DNA of 64,000 nt from Patescibacteria group bacterium (GTDB lineage: Bacteria > Patescibacteriota > Minisyncoccia > Phycocordibacterales > Phycocordibacteraceae): positions 344,934 to 408,933 of the forward strand of contig JBBTSZ010000002.1 in the NCBI GenBank assembly GCA_038064495.1, given 5' to 3'. The translations under genes were made by a program, and so were the position numbers. Shown piece by piece: positions 30,377-40,051 of the stretch. The notes under the pieces are model-generated. The model was not told where the DNA came from, ran no database searches, and was given only the letters and a program-made list of their open reading frames with translations. Within the stretch, counting starts at the first letter, position 1. The number at the start of each line of letters is the position of its first letter.

Positions 30377-31981
30377 ATGGACTTGAACACTTGTTTTGAA
30401 ACGACTAAGGATTATCACACGATTGCGTATTACTCGCACTTGATTCCTGTTTTCATTGCACTCTTTTTAGGATTCTTTGCTTACTTAAAAAGTAAAGGTT
30501 CTTATATATCACTGATATTCGCGTCTTTTAGTTTTTGCTTCTCGCTTTGGCTACTCGGTGACTTAGTAAGCTGGGTTTCTCCGAACTATGACCTCGTTTA
30601 CTTTACATGGTCCTGGCTTGACTTAGTTAATATAGTTTTTTTTATATTTGGGGCTTATTTCTTTTCAATTCTGGCACGTGGCTTAATTTCACCGCTAGAA
30701 AAATGGATGCTTGTGCTAATAGCAATTCCAGCTTTTGTAATAACAGCTCTTGGCGCTTCGGTCATCAATTTTGATCAATCAGTATGTGAGGCTATAAACA
30801 GTACCTTGCTCACTCAGTACAAGCTGGTAGTAGAAGGTATTCTCGTTGTCTGGATGCTCTATTCATTTGCTCACGCCTGGAAATACTCCACAAAAGATAA
30901 GCGTATACAGCACAGCGTTGTTCTTGGAGCGCTTCTTTTGTTTTTTACTGTATTTGCAGGAACAGAGTATTTCTCATCTATGACAGGAATCTATGAAATT
31001 AACCTCTACAGCCTATTTGTTTTGCCAATCTTCTTGGTTGTGATGGTATTTGCCGTAACGAACCTCGGCCTATTTAATCTTCGATTTCTTGGCACACAGA
31101 TACTTTCATACTCACTTATCCTGATGACGGGTTCTCAGCTGTTCTTTGTTCAAGACGCAACCCATACAACGCTCGCTGTAATTACTCTCGCCATTTCAAT
31201 GTTTTTTGGTGTTTTGCTTCTACAGAATGCTAAAAAAGAAGAGGCTGCTCGTATGAAGATTGAAGAACTGGCAAAAGAACTTGAAAAAGCGAATGACCAA
31301 CAGGTTATTCTTATTCACTTTATTACGCACCAAATTAAAGGGTTTGTGGCTAAATCTCGAAACATATTCTCAATGGCTCTTGAGGGAGATTTTGGACCTG
31401 TGTCAGATAAACTAAAGCCAATGATGCAGGCGGGATTTGATTCGGATACAAAGGGAGCCGCAACTATTCAGGAAATTCTAAATGCCGCGAACATTAAAAG
31501 CGGTAAGGTTGAATTCCACATGGCTCTGTTTGACTTGCGTGAGCTAATCCAAGAAATTACTCATGATTTGCGACCTGCTGCTGAATCGAAAGGATTGGAA
31601 CTTATTGCCGAGCTCGGAGATGAGGTAGCTACCGTAACAGGTGATCGTGCACAACTTGTAAATGTGTTTAAGAATCTTATTGATAACTCCATTAAGTACA
31701 CACCGAAAGGTTCAGTATCTGTAGGTATTACCCTCAAGCCAACTGAGAAGAAAGTACTATTTACCATTCAGGATACTGGTGTTGGTATCACGCAAGACGA
31801 TATGTTGAATCTCTTTACTGAAGGAGGTCACGGTAAAGATTCAACACGGATAAACGTGGAGTCAACTGGATTTGGCTTGTATATCGTTAAGAACATTGTA
31901 GACGCTCACAAAGGGCGTGTGTGGGCAAAATCTGAAGGTGAAGGAAAAGGTTCAAGTTTCTTTGTAGAGCTACCCGCATAG
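30377..31981 (+). CDS. Sensor histidine kinase with multi-TM N-terminal domain
   Basis: 7 or more TM segments; H-box THQIK, N-box NLIDNSIKYT, G1 DTGVG, G2 TGFGL. Confidence 0.9.
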   Translation: MDLNTCFETTKDYHTIAYYSHLIPVFIALFLGFFAYLKSKGSYISLIFASFSFCFSLWLLGDLVSWVSPNYDLVYFTWSWLDLVNIVFFIFGAYFFSILARGLISPLEKWMLVLIAIPAFVITALGASVINFDQSVCEAINSTLLTQYKLVVEGILVVWMLYSFAHAWKYSTKDKRIQHSVVLGALLLFFTVFAGTEYFSSMTGIYEINLYSLFVLPIFLVVMVFAVTNLGLFNLRFLGTQILSYSLILMTGSQLFFVQDATHTTLAVITLAISMFFGVLLLQNAKKEEAARMKIEELAKELEKANDQQVILIHFITHQIKGFVAKSRNIFSMALEGDFGPVSDKLKPMMQAGFDSDTKGAATIQEILNAANIKSGKVEFHMALFDLRELIQEITHDLRPAAESKGLELIAELGDEVATVTGDRAQLVNVFKNLIDNSIKYTPKGSVSVGITLKPTEKKVLFTIQDTGVGITQDDMLNLFTEGGHGKDSTRINVESTGFGLYIVKNIVDAHKGRVWAKSEGEGKGSSFFVELPA

Positions 31982-31999
31982 CCCTGGTATAGTGTCCCT

Positions 32000-33229
32000 A
32001 TGAACTTGGTAGAGGACCTGAAAGCTCGTGGACTCGCTGAGCACCATTCTGCAGATTTAGAAAAGATATTTGAGACGAGGCGCACGGTCTACCTTGGCGT
32101 AGACCCGTCAGCTGATTCCATGCACGCAGGGAATCTCCTTGTGGTGCTTACGATGAAACGTTTGTCTGACGCGGGTCATAAAATCATTCTGCTTGTGGGT
32201 GGTGGTACCGGTATGATCGGCGACCCGCGAGAAAGTGGGGAGCGCACGCTTATGGACGTACGAACCCTTGAGAGGAATAAAAAAGCGCTCCGTGCTCAGA
32301 TGCAACAGATTATTGGAAGGTCCGTTACGCTTGTTGATAACGCCGACTGGCTCCTCAAAGTAAAACTGGTAGATTTTTTGCGTGATATTGGAAAACACTT
32401 CACGGTAAACGAGCTTATTAAGCGCGACATTATCAAGCGCAGGCTTGATAACCCTGACGATAGTATTTCGTACACCGAGTTTGCGTACTCACTTCTTCAA
32501 GGCTTTGACTATCTCACACTGAACCAGAAATACGGAGTTGATCTCCAGATTGGAGCTTCAGACCAATGGACCAACATTCTTTCCGGCGTTGAACTTATCC
32601 GAAGAAAACTTGGCAAGGAGGCCTTTGCACTTACCACACCGCTTGTCGTTGACGTGAATAAGAAGAAATTCGGTAAGTCTGAAGGAAACGCGGTTTGGCT
32701 TGATGCAAAGAAGACTTCGCCCTTTGAGTTCTACCAGTTTTGGGTGAATCAACCCGACTCTATGGTGGAGACCTATCTCAAATTCTTTACCTTCCTCTCC
32801 GTACACGAAATACAGGCTATGTTTGAATTGCATAAGCGTAACCCAGAGCGTCGCATGGCCCAGCGTACCCTTGCTGACGAAGTCACCAAGCTCGTGCATG
32901 GCAAGACTGAGGCAGACAGAGCCTCTAAGATTACTGACGTGCAGTTTGGGGGCGCATCCCTCGAGAGCCTTTCACCTGACGAACGCAAAGCCTACGAACA
33001 GGCAATTCCAAAGGTCTCGTTTAACGAGGGAATGAGTATCGTTGAAGCCCTCACGTCCACAGGCTTCATTGCATCAAAGGCAGAAGCCAGGCGTCTCATA
33101 ACCGGAAAGGGAATCAAGCTCAATGGTGAGACCGTAGAGTCTGATCGGACACTTACCCACGAAGATTTTGAGAACAGCGCTGCTTACTTACAAAAAGGGA
33201 AGTCAGACAAACTGCGTGTTTTGAAATAA
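32000..33229 (+). CDS. tyrS: Tyrosine--tRNA ligase
   Basis: YLGVDPSADSMHAGN, LQGFD, QIGASDQW, KFGKS, S4-like C-terminus. Confidence 0.96.
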   Translation: MNLVEDLKARGLAEHHSADLEKIFETRRTVYLGVDPSADSMHAGNLLVVLTMKRLSDAGHKIILLVGGGTGMIGDPRESGERTLMDVRTLERNKKALRAQMQQIIGRSVTLVDNADWLLKVKLVDFLRDIGKHFTVNELIKRDIIKRRLDNPDDSISYTEFAYSLLQGFDYLTLNQKYGVDLQIGASDQWTNILSGVELIRRKLGKEAFALTTPLVVDVNKKKFGKSEGNAVWLDAKKTSPFEFYQFWVNQPDSMVETYLKFFTFLSVHEIQAMFELHKRNPERRMAQRTLADEVTKLVHGKTEADRASKITDVQFGGASLESLSPDERKAYEQAIPKVSFNEGMSIVEALTSTGFIASKAEARRLITGKGIKLNGETVESDRTLTHEDFENSAAYLQKGKSDKLRVLK

Positions 33230-33258
33230 CGACAGTAATTGCTATAGTGGCGTGTAAT

Positions 33259-33344
33259 GCGTCGGTGGTAGAGTGGTCAATTACAACAGGCTGTAAACCT
33301 GTCGGCTTCGGCCTACGAAGGTTCGAATCCTTCCCGGCGCACCA
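33259..33344 (+). tRNA. tRNA-Tyr(GTA)
   Basis: Acceptor gcgtcgg/ccggcgc-A-CCA; anticodon arm acagg-ctGTAaa-cctgt; long variable arm; GTTCGAATC. Confidence 0.97.
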
Positions 33345-33351
33345 TACTTTG

Positions 33352-33375
33352 GAAAACCCCGCAAGGGGTCTTTTC
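33352..33375 (+). terminator. Terminator-like hairpin after tRNA-Tyr
   Basis: gaaaacccc-GCAA-ggggtcttttc. Confidence 0.65.
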
Positions 33376-33377
33376 AT

Positions 33378-33515
33378 TGGTGCGCCGGAGCAGGTCTGGG
33401 AGACCTGCGGGAAGGATTCGAAGATGTTGCGAGCGTATTGTGGAGGAAGCGACAGAATATCCGCAACGTGTACAGAACCTGTAAGGCTCGAAAGCGTACT
33501 CGCGTTCCTTCCCGG
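33378..33515 (-). other. Inverted, hairpin-interrupted copy of the tRNA-Tyr 3' half
   Basis: tggtgcgccgg (33378-88) plus gggaaggattcgaa (33409-22) is the reverse complement of the tRNA 3' end, split by a hairpin. Confidence 0.7.
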
Positions 33516-33629
33516 CCATTTTTTGGTATACCGTACAGAATTCGAACCTGTTTTACTTATCCCCACTTCTCTTGTATAGTAGTCAATGGCCCACACTCCG
33601 TGGGTGCTCTTTGTTAGGGGAATTTAATT

Positions 33630-34169
33630 ATGGCAAGAAAGCCAATGACAGAACCAGGGTATCGTGCTTTGGTTGCACAACGTGCCGTATTGACAGCAGA
33701 AATCTGCAACTGCAGGGAAACAAAATCTGGCCATGTTGGCCGAATGATGAATCCAGGCAGCAGCAACGAGCTTGATGAGCTTCTCCGCTCTGAAAGCATC
33801 ACTGCTTCTCAACTCGGGCTCGTAACCCAGATGCTGCAGTTCGCCGAACCTATGCCCCAGCCGGAATCGGCAGAACGCATTCGGCTTGGTAATGGTTGCA
33901 AACTCGAACGAGACTGCGTCGTCAACGACTACATTCTCGTCGGCGAACACGAGCCTGATTGTGCCTGGCCTGGCCTTAAAATGGTGAGTATTGTCTCACC
34001 TCTTGGAAAAAGGTTAGCTGGCAAGAAAGTCGGCGATGAAATATCGCTCGGAAACGCTCCTTCAGCCAAACCCTACCTCGTTATCGACATTTGGGTTCCT
34101 GATCTTCCAACGGCCAATGGTCAAGCCGAACTGCCGCTCGAAATGTCGGAACTCGTTCCGACTAACTAA
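33630..34169 (+). CDS. Divergent GreA/GreB-family protein
   Basis: MTEPGYRAL N-terminus; Y.LVG..E.D, SIVSPLGKRLAGKKVGDEI. Confidence 0.7.
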   Translation: MARKPMTEPGYRALVAQRAVLTAEICNCRETKSGHVGRMMNPGSSNELDELLRSESITASQLGLVTQMLQFAEPMPQPESAERIRLGNGCKLERDCVVNDYILVGEHEPDCAWPGLKMVSIVSPLGKRLAGKKVGDEISLGNAPSAKPYLVIDIWVPDLPTANGQAELPLEMSELVPTN

Positions 34170-34184
34170 TACCGCTCTTTCAAC

Positions 34185-34216
34185 AGGCGCCGCGATTCAT
34201 TTCGTGGCGCCTTTTT
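34185..34216 (+). terminator. Intrinsic terminator
   Basis: aggcgccgcga-ttcatt-tcgtggcgcct-tttt. Confidence 0.75.
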
Positions 34217-34247
34217 GATACCCGGGAGGCCATGATACTGTAGCTAT

Positions 34248-35204
34248 ATGCCACAAAAGCCCATCCTCTTCTCCGGAATCAAACCGACCGGCGTGCCTCA
34301 TATCGGTAATTACTTTGGTGCACTCAAGCAATGGGTTGATTTGCAAAATGCAGACGATAAGGAATGTTTCTACATGATTGCGGACTACCACGCACTGACT
34401 TCGGTGCAAGATGCTGCGCAGATGCGTACCCTTACTGAAGAATTGGTTGCGACACTTCTGGCTATTGGTATAGACCCCGAGCGCGTCACCATTTTTAAGC
34501 AGTCGCAAGTACCGGCCCATACTGAACTTGCTTGGATATTCAACACCATCACGACCATGCCCTACTTGATGCGCGCGCATGCATTTAAAGACGCTGAGGC
34601 AAGGGATAAGGAAATCAATGTCGGAACCTTCACCTATCCACTTCTTATGGCCTCTGACATTCTCCTCTACGACACAAACGTCGTGCCCGTAGGACAGGAT
34701 CAGAAGCAGCATATTGAATACGCACGCGATACGGCGGAGAAGTTTAATCGTATCTTTGGAGACACCTTTACCCTTCCAGAAGCCTATATTCTTCCAGAAG
34801 TTGCCGTAGTGCCTGGCGTGGATGGTCAGAAGATGAGCAAGTCCTACGGAAACACCATTTCACTCTTTGCCTCGCGTGAAGAAGTTGAGAAAGGTGTGAT
34901 GAGCATTGTCACCGACTCCGAAGGTGGACGTCCTGAGAATGTCTACGCGATTCATGCACTTCTGAAACCAAAAGTTGAGCTTGAGGCGCTCTATACGGAA
35001 CATGAAGGGAAGTACAAAGCACTCAAAGATGCACTTATAGGGGACCTGGACGCATTTATTGCTCCTATGCGTGAGGCATACCAAACTGCCATGAAAGACA
35101 CTGCACGTCTTACCTTAATTATTGAAGCTGGAAATGCCAAAGCACGCAAATATTCTGAACAGAAAATGCAGGTGGTACGTAAAGCAATTGGCACGATTTC
35201 CTAA
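34248..35204 (+). CDS. trpS: Tryptophan--tRNA ligase
   Basis: HIGNY, YPLLMASDIL, VPVGQDQ, KMSKS. Confidence 0.96.
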   Translation: MPQKPILFSGIKPTGVPHIGNYFGALKQWVDLQNADDKECFYMIADYHALTSVQDAAQMRTLTEELVATLLAIGIDPERVTIFKQSQVPAHTELAWIFNTITTMPYLMRAHAFKDAEARDKEINVGTFTYPLLMASDILLYDTNVVPVGQDQKQHIEYARDTAEKFNRIFGDTFTLPEAYILPEVAVVPGVDGQKMSKSYGNTISLFASREEVEKGVMSIVTDSEGGRPENVYAIHALLKPKVELEALYTEHEGKYKALKDALIGDLDAFIAPMREAYQTAMKDTARLTLIIEAGNAKARKYSEQKMQVVRKAIGTIS

Positions 35205-35207
35205 CCT

Positions 35208-35351
35208 ATGACCGACACGACGAAAGCTGACTCGCTTCTCAAAGAAATACTGGAACATTTGACCGAAGTTGTTTCAGAAACTACCTCAGAACTAGAGCGT
35301 GATGTACAGGATACTCTTACCGAACTCAATCATGGAAAAACTTCCGCATAG
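35208..35351 (+). CDS. Small acidic helical hypothetical protein, 47 aa (not in ORF track)
   Basis: MTDTTKADSLLKEILEHLTEVVSETTSELERDVQDTLTELNHGKTSA; starts 3 nt after trpS and overlaps the next start. Confidence 0.45.
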   Translation: MTDTTKADSLLKEILEHLTEVVSETTSELERDVQDTLTELNHGKTSA

Positions 35352-36372
35352 GTCTGACACAGAACGCCGCAAGCAAGGTGAAGGTCCTTCCGAAGAGCCT
35401 TCGCTTTTCCCCGAACTTGATGCCTACGTATCTGAACAGGATTCGGACGAAACCCCTGAAGAAAAGACTCGCTTTGAGGCACTTGCTGAAAAATCTAGGC
35501 GTGCAGGTCTACGCATCGCACAAGCAGCTGCACTGCTTTCGATCGCAGGAACACTTGATTACGCTCGCACTCGCTACAACATCCGTGAATCAGTGCCACC
35601 TGGAAGTGAGCGGTTATATGTCCATGAAGATAAGGAAACAACTGATATCTTGAATTACCTCACGGGGAAAGTACACATGCCTGAATCAGAAAAAGTCTTT
35701 TTCTACCGACAACGAGTGCGGAAGAGCATGGAGTCACTGCTATATCCGGTACCCGGTAACATTGATGAAATGAGTCTTGATGAATTGGTACAGATATATG
35801 TACCTGCTTTCGCCATTATTGGAGGAGTTACTGACAAGAAGTTTAATGAGCTAAGTCCAATCCAAAGAAAGCGTTTACAGAAGAAAGCACACGAGTTTAT
35901 TACTGATGCTGTACCTGACTATACGTACGAACCAAAATTATATACAGAAATCTGGGAACTCCAGAAAGAAGTCGGAAAGCCAAGGATACGTTGGGCTGCT
36001 CGTGGCGTCGCCATTACGGCAAAGATGATGGCTTCCACAACAGAAGATGGCCGTTCTTTCTACGATCCGATTAATAACACCGTGTACGTGAGTCCTAATT
36101 ATGTGGCGGGTGCAAACCTGCTTGCTGAGGAAGCTCACTCAAAGCAGTTTAACGATAAGCCGATCGTCTCAAGTGCACGACTCGTGCAAAGTTGGGTGCG
36201 AGTGGTTAGTCGTTCAGTTATCCATTTTGAGAATTTGAAACACAGCTATGAATTTGAGTACGATAAGCCTGATTCACTTGAACATGAAGCACACAGTGTT
36301 ATAGAACCTGCCATGGAGACTGAGCTCTATAAACGACTCGGCATTGAGAAGAAAACTGAAAAAGATAAGTAG
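35332..36372 (+). CDS. Hypothetical protein with degenerate zincin-like motif
   Basis: Start MEKLPH; SFYDP..NTVYV, AEEAHSKQ, downstream EHEAH. Confidence 0.6.
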   Translation: MEKLPHRSDTERRKQGEGPSEEPSLFPELDAYVSEQDSDETPEEKTRFEALAEKSRRAGLRIAQAAALLSIAGTLDYARTRYNIRESVPPGSERLYVHEDKETTDILNYLTGKVHMPESEKVFFYRQRVRKSMESLLYPVPGNIDEMSLDELVQIYVPAFAIIGGVTDKKFNELSPIQRKRLQKKAHEFITDAVPDYTYEPKLYTEIWELQKEVGKPRIRWAARGVAITAKMMASTTEDGRSFYDPINNTVYVSPNYVAGANLLAEEAHSKQFNDKPIVSSARLVQSWVRVVSRSVIHFENLKHSYEFEYDKPDSLEHEAHSVIEPAMETELYKRLGIEKKTEKDK

Positions 36373-36419
36373 CCTTTTGTGTCGTTTCTCAGGCCTGAAA
36401 CTCGTGCTATTTTGTACCT

Positions 36420-37751
36420 ATGAAGGGGAGAATACTAATTAGGGAGCTTAGCTCTCATGTGGGAAAGACCGTCACTATCGGTGCCTCCGTTAGTGTCAGA
36501 CGCGACCAAGGCAAAATGGTTTTCTTTGATTTCCGTGACCGCACCGGAACGGTCCAAGGAGTGGTGCTCCCCGGTGCAGGCGCTATGGAAGTTGCTAAAG
36601 AAACGCGACACGAATCTGTGGTAGCTGTTACCGGTATCGTCAACAAACGTCCTGATAAAAACATTCAGGAGGGAAAGCAAAACGGGGACATTGAGCTTGA
36701 GATTACCGCAATTGAAATTCTCGGTTCTGCAGAAATACTTCCATTTGAACTAGATGCGGAACTAAATCTTGATACCTATCTGGATAACCTACCGCTTACA
36801 CTTCGTACCGAACGTGCTCGAGCTATTTTTAAAGTGCAATCAGAAATTGTGAAGGCCTATCGTGCGTACTTAAACACTGAAGGCTTTACCGAGTTCCAAG
36901 CGCCAAAACTTATCGGGGACGATGCAGAAGGAAGTGGTGAAGTCTTTGAAGTTCCGTATTTCAATGATAAGACCGCACACCTCGCAACAAGCCCGCAACT
37001 CTACAAGCAAATTATGGTAGGTGCCCTTGAGAGGGTGTTTGCCATAGGTACCGTATTTCGCGCCGAAAAACACTCCACCACGCGTCATTTGAATGAGTAC
37101 ACCTCTATGGATATGGAAATGGGCTTCATTGATGACCACACGGAGGTGATGATGGTTGAAACCAAGCTCATGCAAGCGATTGCCGAACATCTAAAGGGTA
37201 CTTGTTCGGCAGAGTTTGCCCTTCTTGGTGCAGACATTCCAACCGTTCCAGATACCATTCCCTCATTCAAACTTCGCGAGGCACAGGAGCTGATTTATAA
37301 GGAGACCGGACGCGACAATCGCAGCGAACCCGACCTTGAACCAGAAGATGAGCGCTGGCTCTGCGAGTACGCAACGGAGAATCTATCGAGCGATTTTGTG
37401 TTCGTCACTCACTATCCAGTTTCAAAACGCCCGATGTACACCATGGAGGACGAGAACGATATTGGTTACACCAAGGGTTTTGACCTACTATTCCGTGGGG
37501 TAGAAATCACGACGGGAGGACAGCGTCGTCATGACTACCAGAATCTCATTGACGGCATCAAGATGAAGGGACTTGATCCAGAGAACTTCTCGTACTATCT
37601 GCAAGCCTTTAAGTACGGAATGCCACCGCACGGTGGCTGGGGTATGGGACTTGAGCGACTTACAGCTAAATTCCTTAATCTGCCAAATGTGAAGGAAGCG
37701 ACTCTTTTCCCGCGTGATATTAACCGCATTGATACGCTCCTTTCTGATTAG
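36420..37751 (+). CDS. aspS: Aspartate--tRNA(Asp/Asn) ligase, short archaeal-type
   Basis: 443 aa, no GAD insert; SPQLYKQ, FRAE, GMPPHGGWGMGLER, LFPRD. Confidence 0.9.
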   Translation: MKGRILIRELSSHVGKTVTIGASVSVRRDQGKMVFFDFRDRTGTVQGVVLPGAGAMEVAKETRHESVVAVTGIVNKRPDKNIQEGKQNGDIELEITAIEILGSAEILPFELDAELNLDTYLDNLPLTLRTERARAIFKVQSEIVKAYRAYLNTEGFTEFQAPKLIGDDAEGSGEVFEVPYFNDKTAHLATSPQLYKQIMVGALERVFAIGTVFRAEKHSTTRHLNEYTSMDMEMGFIDDHTEVMMVETKLMQAIAEHLKGTCSAEFALLGADIPTVPDTIPSFKLREAQELIYKETGRDNRSEPDLEPEDERWLCEYATENLSSDFVFVTHYPVSKRPMYTMEDENDIGYTKGFDLLFRGVEITTGGQRRHDYQNLIDGIKMKGLDPENFSYYLQAFKYGMPPHGGWGMGLERLTAKFLNLPNVKEATLFPRDINRIDTLLSD

Positions 37752-37754
37752 GAT

Positions 37755-39158
37755 ATGAAGCTTACTTTCTCAGTAAAGCCACTTGGCTCGTTGCCGAAGA
37801 GCTATGTGCGTGTCGCCTTTGTTGAGGAGAAGGGCGTGAAGCGACTCATACGCGAGCAAGGGATTGAAACAATTGAGATTGGTGTTGGAGCGGAGCTGAG
37901 CCAGCGCACGTTCATTACACTCTGTCGTTCAGTCGTTGCCACTGCCAAACAATTCAAGGCACAGAAAATTGCTATTGAATTTGATGCACATCCATGGCTT
38001 TTTAAAGGATTGAAAGATGTTTCGCCACTACGACTTTCTGAGCTAGCAGCAGAAAACTTTGAGATGGCGAATTATGAATTTACGAAATTCAAGACGAAGC
38101 CAAAGGAAGGATGGGGTGCCGTTGAGGAAATTCTTTTGTGCGGAAAGTTTGATAAAGCTACGGAGGCCGCCGCACGTCGCGGTCAAATCATTGGCGACGA
38201 GGTGAACAAGACACGGGCGCTCGCAAACACACCTGGTGGCGACATGACACCTCGTGGTCTTGCGAACGCTGCGAAAGATGCGGTGAAAGGGTTGCCGGTT
38301 GCGGTCACCATATTGACTCGTAAGCAAATGGAAAAGCTTGGTATGGGTGCGCTACTTGGAGTTGGTAAGGGCTCTACCCATCTTCCGACGTTTACGATTA
38401 TGGAGTACAAGGGAGGGAAGGGTGCGCCCATCGTTCTTGCCGGAAAGGGCATTACGTTTGATTCAGGTGGCCTTAACCTAAAACCCTCAAGTGGCATCTA
38501 CGAAATGCACATGGATATGTCGGGTGCTGCCAGTGTCATCCATGCCGTAGCGCTTGCCGCACGTTTGAAAGTAAAGAAGAACGTCATCGGTCTTATTCCA
38601 GCTGCTGAAAATATGCCCGGAAATGAAGCTTACCGCCCCGGTGACATTTTGCGTTCGATGTCAGGCAAAACAATTGAGGTGCTCAACACCGATGCAGAAG
38701 GCAGACTCGTGCTCGCTGATGCACTCACGTATGCAAAGCGTCTAAAGCCAAGTGTGGTGATAGATATCGCTACACTCACTGGAGCGGCTCTCTCAGCGCT
38801 CGGATTCTATGCAACCGCACTCATGAGTCGCGATGAGAAATTGTCACAAACACTTGAGACGCTTGGTGAGGAGAGCGGTGACTACGTCTGGCCACTTCCG
38901 CTCTGGGATGAATATGAAGCATCACTCAAGGGAACCTTTGCAGACCTCACCAATATCGGAAATGGTCCAGGCGGAAGAACGGGTGGTGCGATAGAAGGAG
39001 GCATGTTCCTTTGGCAATTCGCTCAGGAACTGTCTTGTCCGTGGGCGCATCTTGATATTGCTCCACGCATGACATCTGCTCCGGGTGACGAACTTGCCAA
39101 GGGTGCCGCCGGGGCACCAGTCAGACTTCTGATACGCTACATAGAACAGCATGTCTAA
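37755..39158 (+). CDS. pepA: Leucyl aminopeptidase (M17)
   Basis: GKGITFDSGG, DMSGAA, NTDAEGRL, ATLTGA, HLDIA. Confidence 0.93.
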   Translation: MKLTFSVKPLGSLPKSYVRVAFVEEKGVKRLIREQGIETIEIGVGAELSQRTFITLCRSVVATAKQFKAQKIAIEFDAHPWLFKGLKDVSPLRLSELAAENFEMANYEFTKFKTKPKEGWGAVEEILLCGKFDKATEAAARRGQIIGDEVNKTRALANTPGGDMTPRGLANAAKDAVKGLPVAVTILTRKQMEKLGMGALLGVGKGSTHLPTFTIMEYKGGKGAPIVLAGKGITFDSGGLNLKPSSGIYEMHMDMSGAASVIHAVALAARLKVKKNVIGLIPAAENMPGNEAYRPGDILRSMSGKTIEVLNTDAEGRLVLADALTYAKRLKPSVVIDIATLTGAALSALGFYATALMSRDEKLSQTLETLGEESGDYVWPLPLWDEYEASLKGTFADLTNIGNGPGGRTGGAIEGGMFLWQFAQELSCPWAHLDIAPRMTSAPGDELAKGAAGAPVRLLIRYIEQHV

Positions 39159-39161
39159 ACC

Positions 39162-39899
39162 ATGGAAGTCATAAAGAAATCAGGATTGCATATCGTAACG
39201 GACGAATTTGAAGGTCCGTTTGAATTAATTCTGGATTTGATTGAGAAGCGAAAACTTTCCGTTAATAATCTCTCCCTTTCGCAAGTTACGGACGATTTCA
39301 TACAACATGTGCGAAGTGAGGCAACTTTTCCGATGGAAGACGCGGCTCAGTTTATTGGTGTCGCAGCCACGCTCCTTCTCATAAAGTCCAAGTCACTTAT
39401 TCCAGAGCTTGAGCTTACCGAGGAAGAGGAAAGTGATGTAGACGAGCTCCAAAAGCGCCTTCGCGAATACGAACGGGTACGCGAGATGATGCGCGAGCTT
39501 TCAAAAATCTTCGGTCGTTCCGTTATGGTTTCTGCAGGAGAACGAGCTCCTGACGTTGTGTTCTCACCAAGTCGTGACCTCACGGTGCTCGCACTCACGA
39601 GTGCGCTCGGCGACACCCTTATGGCACTTGAAACAGAAGAGAAGCTTCCTGAGGCGCGCGTTCGTCCCATGGTCACCATTGAAGAGATGATGGACCGACT
39701 CGTAGAACGCGTCCAGAAGAAACTGAATATGTCCTTTGGCGAATTTGCGGGTGAAGCCAAGGAACGCATTGAAGTTATCGTCTCCTTCTTGGCACTTCTT
39801 GAGCTCGTGAAGCAGGGAGCTGTGGATGTGCTGCAGCACGAGACCTTTGCGGATATTCGGATTACGAATACGACGACCGGCTTGCCGACGTACGGTTAG
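39162..39899 (+). CDS. scpA: Segregation/condensation protein A
   Basis: FEGPFELILDLI, LLLIKSKSLIP, FLALLEL. Confidence 0.92.
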   Translation: MEVIKKSGLHIVTDEFEGPFELILDLIEKRKLSVNNLSLSQVTDDFIQHVRSEATFPMEDAAQFIGVAATLLLIKSKSLIPELELTEEEESDVDELQKRLREYERVREMMRELSKIFGRSVMVSAGERAPDVVFSPSRDLTVLALTSALGDTLMALETEEKLPEARVRPMVTIEEMMDRLVERVQKKLNMSFGEFAGEAKERIEVIVSFLALLELVKQGAVDVLQHETFADIRITNTTTGLPTYG

Positions 39900-40021
39900 A
39901 GCCTAGTTTAAAAACCCCAGATTCGAGACGTTTTTGAGCGAAAGTACGAGTCGTACTTATTGGTACGGTGAGTGCTTGAGAGAAAAAACAACAAAGAAGC
40001 TGGGGATTTTTAAGCAGGCTC
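39899..40021 (+). repeat. Structured intergenic repeat, copy 4 (between scpA and scpB)
   Basis: gagcctagtttaaaaacccca-GATTCGAGACG-ttttt...cgtac-ttattg-gtacg...aaaaaa-CAACAAAGAAGC-tggggatttttaagcaggctc. Confidence 0.85.
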
Positions 40022-40051
40022 CATGTAAATAGGGTATTCTTAGAGCACTAT

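Noticed and set aside
33153-33596. ORFs overlapping tRNA-Tyr, and the many antisense or nested ORFs in the track
   Set aside because: They are shadows of real genes or RNA elements with no recognisable motifs.
33259-34216. Integrated element at tRNA-Tyr
   Set aside because: The tRNA duplication is inverted and adjacent, and no integrase or distal direct att repeat was seen.
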